64,000 bases of DNA from a virus: the IMG/VR virus record IMGVR_UViG_3300042508_000910; one strand, written 5' to 3'. Numbering within the stretch: position 1 is the first letter of the stretch; every line of letters begins with the position of its first letter. The notes under the pieces were generated by a model. The model worked only from the letters and a program-made list of their open reading frames with translations, made no database searches and was not told the origin of the DNA. Below, in pieces: positions 1 to 7,977 of this stretch. The position numbers and the translations under genes are program-made.

Positions 1-253
1 AGCTCTTGATGTCGAGTGCGATGAGGACGAGAACGATGAGTGAGATTATTGTTGATTGTCTTATGTGGATGGCATTTGGCCTTGTTATCGTAGGATTAAT
101 ATTGCCATTTTTATGATCACAGGAGACACAATAGTTGCCTTTCTTATCATAGCTTTTTCGGCTCTCTATATTTATCTTAATTATTATTGACTTTAATTAT
201 TAAAAGGTGTAAGATAATATATCAACCCGCAGTACTTTCGAGGAAACGGTCTT

Positions 254-287
254 GGGCTAGGCGTAAAAAACCTAGCCCTTGTTTTTT
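254..287 (+). terminator. Intrinsic terminator
   Basis: GGGCTAGG-N9-CCTAGCCC hairpin followed by TTGTTTTTT. Confidence 0.7.
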
Positions 288-324
288 GTATTGACTAAAT
301 AAGAATCTGAATTAGACTAAATAG

Positions 325-477
325 ATGAAGCAATCTAAGCCCAGCAAAAATAGAAAGATCCTTGAATCTGCTGGATGGGAGAAGCATAATAGACTTTGGC
401 TTAGTCCTTATACTAGAAATCTTCAATGCTTGAGGGTAGCTCTCCAAATAGAAAAAAGAGAAGCTCTAAATAGATGA
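325..477 (+). CDS. Small hypothetical protein (50 aa)
   Basis: Read manually (MKQSKPSKNRKILESAGW...); TTGACT-N16-TAGACT promoter with -35 starting 34 nt before ATG. Confidence 0.6.
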   Translation: MKQSKPSKNRKILESAGWEKHNRLWLSPYTRNLQCLRVALQIEKREALNR

Positions 478-608
478 TTGATACTAATAAAATAATAAAT
501 TACGAGCGCGGCCAATTATCTAATATTCAAATAGTTGAATTGTTCAAAGAGTTTGCTGATGAAGCAGGTGGAGCATCAGAGCTATTAAGAATACTATTGA
601 CTAAATAA
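474..608 (+). CDS. Small hypothetical protein (44 aa)
   Basis: Read manually (MIDTNKIINYERGQLS...); ATGA overlap with upstream gene. Confidence 0.5.
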   Translation: MIDTNKIINYERGQLSNIQIVELFKEFADEAGGASELLRILLTK

Positions 609-630
609 TAATTTAATATATTCTAAATAG

Positions 631-831
631 ATGCACTATACCATTCAAAAAGTCATAAATAAAAATCCTTATTTATTTGGTGGCGGTTATGATGAGCAAT
701 ATGTTGATAAGCCAGTATATTTGGCTAAATATGTTCTCTGCCAACCAGCAGAAGAATTATATTTCCCTAAATTAAAAGAATGCAAAGCTTGGTTAAATAA
801 AATAAAAGCTACTTATACTAGGATTAAATAA
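631..831 (+). CDS. Hypothetical protein
   Basis: ORF track; TTGACT at 597, 34 nt before ATG. Confidence 0.65.
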   Translation: MHYTIQKVINKNPYLFGGGYDEQYVDKPVYLAKYVLCQPAEELYFPKLKECKAWLNKIKATYTRIK

Positions 832-964
832 ATACTAAATAACTATTGACTAAATAATAAATAGGTGATAGTGAAATAGAAGGGTAAGGATATAACTATT
901 ATTGGTATATATTTTTTAATTTTGGGCTATTGACATTAAATTAATTTGTATTATTATTGAGTTT

Positions 965-1417
965 ATGAAGCTCATTAATACAACCTCATATTGTTCAAAC
1001 AAACTAAAAGAAATTATTAAATGGTGCATGCCTCAAGGAGTATTCCTTAAAGACATCAGAAAGATAGATATTGGTAATACTAAATTAGGTTGGCATGGCA
1101 GAGCATGGGGCAGTATGAGACTTCATGTAGGAGTCCCAGCATATAATAAATATATTAGGCCATATAAGAGTGGTGGATTTAGAGGATATTTAGAGGTTAA
1201 TACTTATACATGGGAAGAGAGCTTAATTGAATTAATTGCTCATGAATTAAGACATATTTATCAATATAAGAAAGGTAAGTTCTATCATGGAGTTAAAAAG
1301 ATAAGAAAATATAACATGGGTACTAGGGCTAAATTAAGTGAAGTAGATGCTAGTTTATATGCTATGAGGAAAGTAAGAGAATACAGAAGGGCTAATATTA
1401 AATTCGATTTGGTTTGA
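965..1417 (+). CDS. Putative zinc metallopeptidase-like protein (HExxH, SprT-like)
   Basis: LIAHELRH motif with downstream E (SEVDA); own promoter at 930. Confidence 0.55.
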   Translation: MKLINTTSYCSNKLKEIIKWCMPQGVFLKDIRKIDIGNTKLGWHGRAWGSMRLHVGVPAYNKYIRPYKSGGFRGYLEVNTYTWEESLIELIAHELRHIYQYKKGKFYHGVKKIRKYNMGTRAKLSEVDASLYAMRKVREYRRANIKFDLV

Positions 1418-1419
1418 CA

Positions 1420-1492
1420 TAAGTTGTTGATTATTATATAGTTAGGGCGGCGGGCCCCCCGCGCGTGTAAGTCGTTGATAATCAAGGGGTTA
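1420..1492. repeat. Paired-palindrome element, copy 1
   Basis: taagttgttgattattatatagtta + 23-bp GC spacer + taagtcgttgataatcaaggggtta. Confidence 0.85.
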
Positions 1493-1613
1493 GCTCATAA
1501 GAGCTTCTAATGATAAACTTTTTTGTGAGAGGATAGCTAACATCCTGGAGGTCAGTATCTTATGACATGAAAAAAGTTCTTGTCACAACTTAAAACTGTG
1601 GTATGATTATTTT

Positions 1614-2471
1614 ATGGCAAGACAAACAAAACCCGCTCAAAGTGTATACGATTTCGATGTACACCAAGAGCCACTCCTCACAACTGACGGCAAGAGGACA
1701 GGATACTTCGGCATGGTACGCCGTGATACCGCCGAACCCATTACGCTCGGAGTTTGCACCGAGCAGTATGGTGTGGTGAAGAATGCAGACCTCATCGAGA
1801 TGGTGGAAACCAACCTCGCCAATCATGACAAGCTCTCGAATTTTACTTCGAAGAAGTTTGTCGTGCGTGACGGCGCTCGTTTCTACGCTTCCTACGACTT
1901 CACCGATTTCAAAACGGAATTGAAGCCTGTGGGCAAGCGAGCCAAGGGTGACATTCTCGGGTTGCGGCTGGTCGTTAACAACAGTTATGACCGCTCGACT
2001 CGTGTTTCGTTGTCTCTCGGCTTCCTTCGTCTCGTCTGCGAGAACGGTATGACCTCGCTTACCAAGGAGTTCAGCATGACCAAGCGCCACACGCTTGCGG
2101 TCAATCTCGACTTCGTTGGTGATGCATTGGCTCATGCTTGTGACAGCGTGGAATCTTCGGCGCAAGTTTTCAACAAGCTAGCGCAGAAGGCTCTCACTAA
2201 CGAACAGGGCTTGAACCTGCTCACCAAGCTGGAAGAGAAAGACATTATCTCTGGCAAGGTGCGTGAGGGGATCGAGGCTGTTTGGCGCAATCCCGCTTAT
2301 GAGGAGGATACGGATCGCAATCTGTATAACCTTTATAATGCGGCAACTCAGTTCCTGACTCGCAATGTCTCAACAGAGCGCTACGAGTACAGCGAGCGTG
2401 TCAACCGTGACCTGCTCAAAGTCTTCAGCGGCAAGACCCGTGACGAAGACCTCTTGAAACTGGTCGCCTAA
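1614..2471 (+). CDS. DUF932-family phage/plasmid protein
   Basis: 285 aa; Y.VV.N, LVVNNSYDRS, RLVCENG, RHT and NLYNLYNAAT motifs typical of DUF932. Confidence 0.8.
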   Translation: MARQTKPAQSVYDFDVHQEPLLTTDGKRTGYFGMVRRDTAEPITLGVCTEQYGVVKNADLIEMVETNLANHDKLSNFTSKKFVVRDGARFYASYDFTDFKTELKPVGKRAKGDILGLRLVVNNSYDRSTRVSLSLGFLRLVCENGMTSLTKEFSMTKRHTLAVNLDFVGDALAHACDSVESSAQVFNKLAQKALTNEQGLNLLTKLEEKDIISGKVREGIEAVWRNPAYEEDTDRNLYNLYNAATQFLTRNVSTERYEYSERVNRDLLKVFSGKTRDEDLLKLVA

Positions 2472-2491
2472 ACTAAAACCGAAACCTTAAC

Positions 2492-2524
2492 AGAGGCGGG
2501 GGACAAAATCCCCCGCTTCTTTTT
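2492..2524 (+). terminator. Intrinsic terminator
   Basis: AGAGGCGGGGGA-caaaa-TCCCCCGCTTCT followed by a T run, just after the DUF932 stop. Confidence 0.8.
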
Positions 2525-2543
2525 GCTTAAATTTGATGAGTTG

Positions 2544-2616
2544 TAAGTCGTTGAGTATCAAGCACTTACGCGCGCGGGGACCGCGCTTTTGTAAGTTGTT
2601 GATTATCAACAGGATA
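2544..2616. repeat. Paired-palindrome element, copy 2
   Basis: taagtcgttgagtatcaagcactta + 23 bp + taagttgttgattatcaacaggata. Confidence 0.9.
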
Positions 2617-2656
2617 TTTTTGTTGACTATTTAAGAAACTGTTGTATATTAAACCT

Positions 2657-2887
2657 ATGACAAACAACAACACCTCAAACTGGGAAGCTCCTAAGTGGAC
2701 TCCTTACTACACCAAGATGATTTTTGGTGAGCGTAGGGCTTACATTATGGACGCTCGAATCCGTGAAGCAACCAAGAAAAGCACATACACCTTGCAAGAC
2801 CTTTACAAGATCAGCAAGGCTTTTAATGTAGCGTTCAAGCTCGTTCCAGAGCCTAGCGAATTTCCAACGGAGATTTCAGCGGCGTAA
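2657..2887 (+). CDS. Hypothetical protein
   Basis: ORF track frame; start moved to ATG 2657, 34 nt after TTGACT at 2623. Confidence 0.65.
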   Translation: MTNNNTSNWEAPKWTPYYTKMIFGERRAYIMDARIREATKKSTYTLQDLYKISKAFNVAFKLVPEPSEFPTEISAA

Positions 2888-2893
2888 AATGTT

Positions 2894-2966
2894 GGGCGTA
2901 TAGCTCAGGGGTTAGAGCGGAGAACTCATAATTCTTTGGTCCTAGGTTCAAATCCTAGTGCGCCCA
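2894..2966 (+). tRNA. tRNA with CAT anticodon (probably Ile2/lysidine type; Met not excluded)
   Basis: GGGCGTA/TGCGCCC acceptor, GAGAA-CTCATAA-TTCTT anticodon arm, GGTTCAAATCC T arm. Confidence 0.9.
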
Positions 2967-2974
2967 AAGCTTTC

Positions 2975-3046
2975 GGATCGCTAGCTCAATGGTAGAGCAG
3001 TTGGCTTTTAACCAATTGGTTGTAGGTTCGAGTCCTACGCGATCCA
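2975..3046 (+). tRNA. tRNA-Lys(TTT)
   Basis: GGATCGC/GCGATCC acceptor, GTTGG-CTTTTAA-CCAAT, GGTTCGAGTCC. Confidence 0.95.
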
Positions 3047-3100
3047 AAAAAGTTTAAGAAAACCCTTGACAAAAAAGTAAACCCTGTTAAACTAAAAACA

Positions 3101-3247
3101 ATGAAAGATTTGTTAGAGCAAAGCTATCTTATAGCTCCTACTTACCATTGGATGCTTAATGGCTATGCAAAACATACAGAATTGACAGAAGAAGATATCA
3201 AGGCATACTTCAAAGCAAAAGCAGAAAAGGAGAATCAAAACAAATGA
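3101..3247 (+). CDS. Small hypothetical protein (48 aa)
   Basis: Read manually; TTGACA-N16-TAAACT promoter at 3066; ATGA overlap with next gene. Confidence 0.6.
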   Translation: MKDLLEQSYLIAPTYHWMLNGYAKHTELTEEDIKAYFKAKAEKENQNK

Positions 3248-3639
3248 AACATATCAAACTATATAAACAAAACCTCGGAGCCCATTGGGTTATTGGAATT
3301 AAAGGTTCCAAAGATCGAATTGAGCAATTCCATAATCGAGTCTACAATTGGGGTGGAACAAAAGGCGAGCTTCAATGGATGGCAGATGACTTCGCTTATT
3401 TTTGGATTACCCTTGAGAAGTTGGAGCGTGTGATGTTTAAGTATGTTATGAATAGTATGAGCGATAAACTTGGTAAAAAATTTCGTGGTTCCAAGGGCGG
3501 ACTAAAGGAAGTTGTGTTGAATCGTGTGAAGAATACGATCAGCAAGATTCCTAGCGAGTTCTTTGTTCGCACAGCACAGGTTGAGCCTACCTATGCTCTC
3601 GGACAAGTTTCGGCTGAAAAGTTAGATACTGACAGCTAA
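3244..3639 (+). CDS. Hypothetical protein, FHN..YN.GGT family paralog 1
   Basis: IEQFHNRVYNWGGTKGEL, shared with ORFs at 9645 and 12492. Confidence 0.75.
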   Translation: MKHIKLYKQNLGAHWVIGIKGSKDRIEQFHNRVYNWGGTKGELQWMADDFAYFWITLEKLERVMFKYVMNSMSDKLGKKFRGSKGGLKEVVLNRVKNTISKIPSEFFVRTAQVEPTYALGQVSAEKLDTDS

Positions 3640-3645
3640 AAAATC

Positions 3646-3718
3646 CGCCTAGTAGCCCAATGGCAGAGGCAAACGACTTAAAATCGTTATAGTGTCAGTT
3701 CGAGTCTGACCTAGGCGA
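3646..3718 (+). tRNA. tRNA-Leu(TAA), short variable loop
   Basis: CGCCTAG/CTAGGCG acceptor, AACGA-CTTAAAA-TCGTT, 5-nt variable region, GTCAG-TTCGAGT-CTGAC. Confidence 0.85.
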
Positions 3719-3728
3719 AAACTTTGTT

Positions 3729-3800
3729 GCTCCTATAGCTTAATGGATAAAGTGAATGTCTTCTAAACATTCTATGCAGGTTCAATTCCTGCTAGGAGCA
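3729..3800 (+). tRNA. tRNA-Arg(TCT)
   Basis: GCTCCTA/TAGGAGC acceptor, AATGT-CTTCTAA-ACATT, GCAGG-TTCAATT-CCTGC. Confidence 0.92.
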
Positions 3801-3850
3801 TTAGTTCAAAAAGATAATCTATTTAAATCTAATCTAGTGTAACTATAAGT

Positions 3851-4372
3851 ATGAATAAAACTCTGTTAAAGCAATATATAGATTCTGGCTATTCTTCTTA
3901 TAAGATAGCTAATATTTCTAATAAAGGCCAAACTACAATAAGATACTGGCTCAAAAAATATAATTTATTTACCAAAGGAAACAAAAGATATACTAAAATA
4001 ATAAATGGAGATACTCATATTAAATGTGGAAACTGTGATAAATTTTATTCAAAAGATAATTTCTATAAAAAAACAAAAAAGTCATTTATGAGTTATTGCA
4101 AAGAATGCTTTAATGAATACGCAAAAGAGAGATGGAAAGCTAGAAAACGTAAGGCTATTGAATATAAAGGCGGTAAATGCTCTTCTTGTGGCTATAATAA
4201 ATATCCAGATGTTCTTGAATTTCATCATAGAGATGCAGAAACAAAAGAATTTGATTGGAAAAAACTTCGTCAGATGTCTTGGGATAAAGTAACAAAAGAA
4301 TTAGATAAGTGTGATATGCTTTGCGCTAATTGTCATAGAGAGCGACATTATGAAATATTTTCACAAAAGTAG
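3851..4372 (+). CDS. HNH endonuclease (N-terminal HTH and Zn-binding CxxC pairs)
   Basis: KCSSCGY...LEFHHRD...LCANCHRERH; sits directly after the tRNA pair; GTGTAA motif at 3837. Confidence 0.85.
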   Translation: MNKTLLKQYIDSGYSSYKIANISNKGQTTIRYWLKKYNLFTKGNKRYTKIINGDTHIKCGNCDKFYSKDNFYKKTKKSFMSYCKECFNEYAKERWKARKRKAIEYKGGKCSSCGYNKYPDVLEFHHRDAETKEFDWKKLRQMSWDKVTKELDKCDMLCANCHRERHYEIFSQK

Positions 4373-4579
4373 AAGTCTTATGTAAAGTCTTTATGTGAGA
4401 TGGTTCGAAAGAAATTTTTGGTGGATTTTTCTTATTATGATTTGTGGAAGTATATCGTGGGGATTGATGATTGAGATCTGGAAAATAGTGATTACACATC
4501 TCAAATAGTTTTTCCAAAATATTTTTGGGCATATAAATTAATATTGAAATATAGTTCATGCTACTGTAAAATACTATAT

Positions 4580-4738
4580 ATGAAGCATAATAATAGATTC
4601 GACAAGAAAATCGAAGAGAAAATCTTAAGCGAGATCGATCATAAAGATCTACGCCAAATAGATCAAATGCTTGCCGAATTAGAGATCATCTGGAAAAAGT
4701 GGGTTAAGTCTCATCCAGATTGGAAGTCTCACGAATAA
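4580..4738 (+). CDS. Small hypothetical protein
   Basis: ORF track frame; ATG 4580 after TTGAAA-N17-TAAAAT; its stop is the first TAA of element copy 3. Confidence 0.6.
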   Translation: MKHNNRFDKKIEEKILSEIDHKDLRQIDQMLAELEIIWKKWVKSHPDWKSHE

Positions 4739-4808
4739 GTTGTTGATACTCAAGTAGTTACAAAAGCGGGGAGCCCCGCGTCGTAAGTCGTTGACAGTCA
4801 ATGAGATA
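4736..4808. repeat. Paired-palindrome element, copy 3
   Basis: taagttgttgatactcaagtagtta + 23 bp + taagtcgttgacagtcaatgagata. Confidence 0.9.
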
Positions 4809-4848
4809 CAAAACTTGACAATTATTAAATCTATATTACAATTTGTAT

Positions 4849-4971
4849 ATGCGGTTAGTTAAAACTATTATTTGTTTTCCTTTTGTTCAGATTCATTGTG
4901 AGGGACAAAGCCTTTTAACTTGGAAGCTGTGGCACATTATCTGCTATATTCTGGCATCAATGTATCTATGA
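4849..4971 (+). CDS. Small hydrophobic hypothetical protein (40 aa)
   Basis: Read manually; TTGACA(4815)-N16-TACAAT-N6-ATG; ATGA overlap with next gene. Confidence 0.5.
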   Translation: MRLVKTIICFPFVQIHCEGQSLLTWKLWHIICYILASMYL

Positions 4972-5309
4972 AAGCAAAACACAAAGTATATTATAACTTG
5001 CATAAACATTGTTTAAGTATTATGCTTAAAGGCAAAGTCCTACAACATAGTTCAGAGTTCTTTCTTAAAGATGTTGATTTTAGGGTGAGTCAAGCAGGTC
5101 GCTCCAGGGTTCTGCGAGAGAAGCGTAAGAATGTTCACGCTTTTGTTTGTGGCACTCCAGATGAAGGTTGGCCTATTGACCAACTAGAGCGTCGTGTAAC
5201 CTATAATCCTTATAAGTATCATAGTTTTGTTTATGCAGACACAAAGAAACCAGTATACAAGGCTAAATGGGCTGGTGTTATTGGTCGTGAAATTTTCGTA
5301 TTAAACTAA
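4968..5309 (+). CDS. Conserved phage hypothetical protein
   Basis: VYYNLHK...GRSRVLREKRKNVHAFVCG...VTYNPYK, a motif set I recognise from many phages; start at ATG 4968. Confidence 0.75.
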   Translation: MKAKHKVYYNLHKHCLSIMLKGKVLQHSSEFFLKDVDFRVSQAGRSRVLREKRKNVHAFVCGTPDEGWPIDQLERRVTYNPYKYHSFVYADTKKPVYKAKWAGVIGREIFVLN

Positions 5310-5343
5310 TTGACAAACAGAAAAAACATAGTATAATTATAAA

Positions 5344-5559
5344 ATGGAAATCACTAAAACCAAAAAGACCAACGGAGGGTATGAGTTCTTTGGCTCTGAC
5401 CCTAAAACTAAAGCGGAAATTTTGTTGGGCAACCTCAAGGCTTTGCCCGAAGGCGGATACGGAATCTTCAAGAGCGATGCCAAGGCGGGTAAAGATGTTC
5501 AAGTCTCCTATATTGGTGCTAACTTGAATATCGAATCCTTTTTGCCCAAGGAGCTGTAA
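5344..5559 (+). CDS. Hypothetical protein
   Basis: ORF track; consensus TTGACA-N16-TATAAT promoter at 5310. Confidence 0.7.
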   Translation: MEITKTKKTNGGYEFFGSDPKTKAEILLGNLKALPEGGYGIFKSDAKAGKDVQVSYIGANLNIESFLPKEL

Positions 5560-5918
5560 TGAAAGTCCTCGAAGAATCTTTCTCTAGCAAAGGCTTCAAA
5601 CTTCAGCAGGTTAGGCGTGATGGCGACATCGCCATCTACAAAAAGCAACTCGATGACCCCGAATGTGAAAACTATCATTATGAAGTTATCGCAATCAAGC
5701 GTCACAATGGTTATGAGATTGCTGGCGTAAAGATGCCTCCCGCTGAAATGTATCCTAGCGATAGTCAATGGGGCGATTGGGCTTTCACTTGCACTACTAT
5801 CGAAGATGCCAACAGGCGTTTCGGTGAATTGCAAGAGAAACTAACAAACTATAATGCAACCGCAATTCTGCCTAGTGGTGAGAAGCGTGGGCGTGGTCGT
5901 CCTCGCAAAATCGCTTGA
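5559..5918 (+). CDS. Hypothetical protein with C-terminal AT-hook
   Basis: Ends KRGRGRPRKIA; TAATG coupling with upstream gene. Confidence 0.7.
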   Translation: MKVLEESFSSKGFKLQQVRRDGDIAIYKKQLDDPECENYHYEVIAIKRHNGYEIAGVKMPPAEMYPSDSQWGDWAFTCTTIEDANRRFGELQEKLTNYNATAILPSGEKRGRGRPRKIA

Positions 5919-5949
5919 CAGAATAACAAAACATATTACAATCACAACT

Positions 5950-6186
5950 ATGACCTATAAGTGTGCTGTAAGTGGTGAGGCAATCCCTCCAGAGAGAGTC
6001 GAGGCTCTGCAAGTCCTTGGCGTTCCAGAAGCTCTTTGGACTAAAAAAGAGCATAGTCAAACACGAAAGCTCAAAGCTGTTTATGCTGGCGATGATGGTA
6101 GTAATGATATTATTATCTGCGACAATGTAGATGGTGGCAATCTGTTTGAAAATGAAGCAATAGCGGAGACTGAAATTGACAACTAA
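5950..6186 (+). CDS. TraR/DksA-finger-like small protein (degenerate)
   Basis: KCAVSGEAIPPERVEAL resembles the CxxCGxxIPxxRLxA motif; promoter at 5915. Confidence 0.45.
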   Translation: MTYKCAVSGEAIPPERVEALQVLGVPEALWTKKEHSQTRKLKAVYAGDDGSNDIIICDNVDGGNLFENEAIAETEIDN

Positions 6187-6334
6187 ATTTATCGTTTTGC
6201 GTGATGGCATCAGAGTTAGCGATGATATGCACGATAAGATGGAATCTGCCGAACAAGAGGCAAATCATTGGCGTGAGATCATCAAGCGTTGGCCTGATGG
6301 CACAAAAGTCACGATCAAAAAAATCGGAGGCTGA
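6176..6334 (+). CDS. Small hypothetical protein (52 aa, TTG start)
   Basis: Read manually (MTTKFIVLRDGIRVSDD...RWPDGTKV); GGAG 7 nt upstream. Confidence 0.55.
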   Translation: MTTKFIVLRDGIRVSDDMHDKMESAEQEANHWREIIKRWPDGTKVTIKKIGG

Positions 6335-6352
6335 CACTAGCTACGGAGCTAT

Positions 6353-6443
6353 GCGAGGGTCGTCTAACTGGTTAAGACCCCAGACTTATACTCTGGTCGC
6401 TCTAGATTTGGGCAAAATGAAGGTTCGAATCCTTCCCCTCGTA
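6353..6443 (+). tRNA. tRNA-Ile(TAT) with long variable arm
   Basis: GCGAGGG/CCCTCGT acceptor, CCAGA-CTTATAC-TCTGG, 22-nt variable region, GAAGG-TTCGAAT-CCTTC. Confidence 0.85.
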
Positions 6444-6466
6444 AATCCTTAACAATCAAAGAGAAA
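6442..6466. repeat. Solo degenerate palindrome overlapping the tRNA 3' end
   Basis: taaatccttaacaatcaaagagaaa; reverse strand reads ctctttgattgttaaggatttacg. Confidence 0.5.
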
Positions 6467-6517
6467 AAAAAGAAAAAAAATCTTTGACAAAAAAGAAAGA
6501 TATGGTAGGATAAGACT

Positions 6518-6778
6518 ATGACAAAACAAAACAACATTACCCTATGGGAGATGATTAAGGGGCTGTTCTGGTTCGTGCTAGGACAGAGGTATATCATCAA
6601 CTATACGCCTTACAATGGAACCGAGGCTTATACTTACATCATCGGTGTTCCTACAACCCATTACATTTCCAAGAAGGGCAAAAAGCTCTTTATTACTTGG
6701 TGCTTTTCTGGTCGTGACGGATTCGGACATCGTCAGTTCCGTTATGATAGAATTGCTGGTGGTCTCTCGCCAGTATAA
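6518..6778 (+). CDS. Hypothetical protein, possibly WYL-like
   Basis: Promoter at 6484; C-terminal HRQFRYDRI resembles the WYL R.FR.DRI motif. Confidence 0.55.
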   Translation: MTKQNNITLWEMIKGLFWFVLGQRYIINYTPYNGTEAYTYIIGVPTTHYISKKGKKLFITWCFSGRDGFGHRQFRYDRIAGGLSPV

Positions 6779-6826
6779 CAACAGAGAGATGGGTGGGGTT
6801 TTTTATTTCCCCTTCCCTTCATATAG

Positions 6827-6859
6827 AAAGGGCGAGACCTAAAAAATCTCGCCTTTTTT
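6827..6859 (+). terminator. Intrinsic terminator
   Basis: AAAGGGCGAGA-N9-TCTCGCCTTTTTT. Confidence 0.7.
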
Positions 6860-6892
6860 ATTTGACGCTAAATTAAATTATGATAAGATTTA

Positions 6893-7027
6893 AATAGTTC
6901 TTTCCGCAATGAGTGAGGATGACTTCCTCCATAGAGCCATTGAAGCCCCAATGCCCAGAGTCTGAGGCAATTAAAGGTGGGAATATATTCTCTTTGATTC
7001 TAGAGCAGAGAGAGCGGAAGAATTATT
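6893..7027 (+). ncRNA. Putative structured ncRNA of unknown family
   Basis: Own promoter (TTGACG at 6862, N16, TAAGAT); closing stem AATAGTTCTTTCCGC/GCGGAAGAATTATT; internal hairpins. Confidence 0.5.
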
Positions 7028-7205
7028 TATTACGCCAGCCGTTTCTGTGATTGAAGTTCCAATCTAACAAAGCCCATTCAAATCCAACATCGCGTCCAGC
7101 TTTCTCACTTTCAATCCATTTGTGTTTTAAGATTTCTTCTCGTTCTTTGAGGAATTGTTTATATAATGCAGAGTTTTCTAGTATACCGCTGACTTTTGAG
7201 TTCAT
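7023..7205 (-). CDS. DUF4032-like small protein
   Basis: EREEILKHKWIESEKAGRDVGFEWALLDW matches the small DUF4032-type proteins I associate with Verrucomicrobiota. Confidence 0.7.
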   Translation of the reverse strand: MNSKVSGILENSALYKQFLKEREEILKHKWIESEKAGRDVGFEWALLDWNFNHRNGWRNK

Positions 7206-7289
7206 ATCTAAATTCTAATTTAGATTACACCAAATAGCAAATATGATTTGCAATATAGGTAAATAAATAATATAATAATACAACATATT

Positions 7290-7361
7290 GGGGCTATCGT
7301 CTAATGGTTAGGACTCCTCGCTTTCAATGAGGGTGTATCGGTTCGAATCCGTTTAGCCCTA
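7290..7361 (+). tRNA. tRNA-Glu(TTC)
   Basis: GGGGCTA/TAGCCCT acceptor, CCTCG-CTTTCAA-TGAGG, GGTTCGAATCC. Confidence 0.9.
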
Positions 7362-7378
7362 TATACTTGTGATAGTTA

Positions 7379-7451
7379 TAAGTGCTTAATTATCAAAGAT
7401 TTACAGCGGCGGGCTCCCTTGTTTCATAACTCTTTGATATTCAATGAAATT
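7379..7451. repeat. Paired-palindrome element, copy 4
   Basis: taagtgcttaattatcaaagattta + 23 bp + taactctttgatattcaatgaaatt. Confidence 0.8.
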
Positions 7452-7491
7452 TAAATGTAGACATAAATTAAAACTATGATACTATATAAAA

Positions 7492-7959
7492 ATGACAACC
7501 ACACTAACACAAAAAGTCAAAAAAACAATGCGTGGACATTTAGCAGCAACAATCAGGACTTCGTTCTCCACATCGAAGTCTCGCCAAACTCCTTCTCTTA
7601 GGATGGGGGTTTATTGCTTGATTAAAGCAAGCCCAAGGTGGGGATGGCGTGTTTATATCGGTGCATCTCGTGATATTCGAGTGCGTTGGTATCAACACCG
7701 CTCTCTTCATGGAAATGGAACGGGTTGGAACATTGGAATGTTTCAAGTCGTAAGCGTTCCATCTTCACCTATGCTTAATTATATTGAGCAGATAACAATC
7801 AACACAGCCAAAGAACTTGCAAACAAGTACAAGTATAAGATTCAAAACAAGATTGATCCTTTGTATCAAATTATTGATACAGATTCAAAAATTGAAAAGA
7901 AACTTATCAACATATTTGCACGATTCAAACTTGGAGAAAGGGGATTTAGCCTAGTTTAA
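7492..7959 (+). CDS. GIY-YIG nuclease family protein
   Basis: GVYCLI...VYIGASRDIRVRWYQH...EQ..I motif. Confidence 0.8.
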   Translation: MTTTLTQKVKKTMRGHLAATIRTSFSTSKSRQTPSLRMGVYCLIKASPRWGWRVYIGASRDIRVRWYQHRSLHGNGTGWNIGMFQVVSVPSSPMLNYIEQITINTAKELANKYKYKIQNKIDPLYQIIDTDSKIEKKLINIFARFKLGERGFSLV

Positions 7960-7977
7960 TTTGTTAGTGAACTGGCG

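Noticed and set aside
4930-4945. Sigma54-like TGGCAC-N5-CTGC
   Set aside because: Single occurrence inside a small ORF already explained by a sigma70-type promoter
6201-6452. 83-aa track ORF
   Set aside because: Runs through the tRNA-Ile gene; the 6176..6334 frame with an RBS is more plausible
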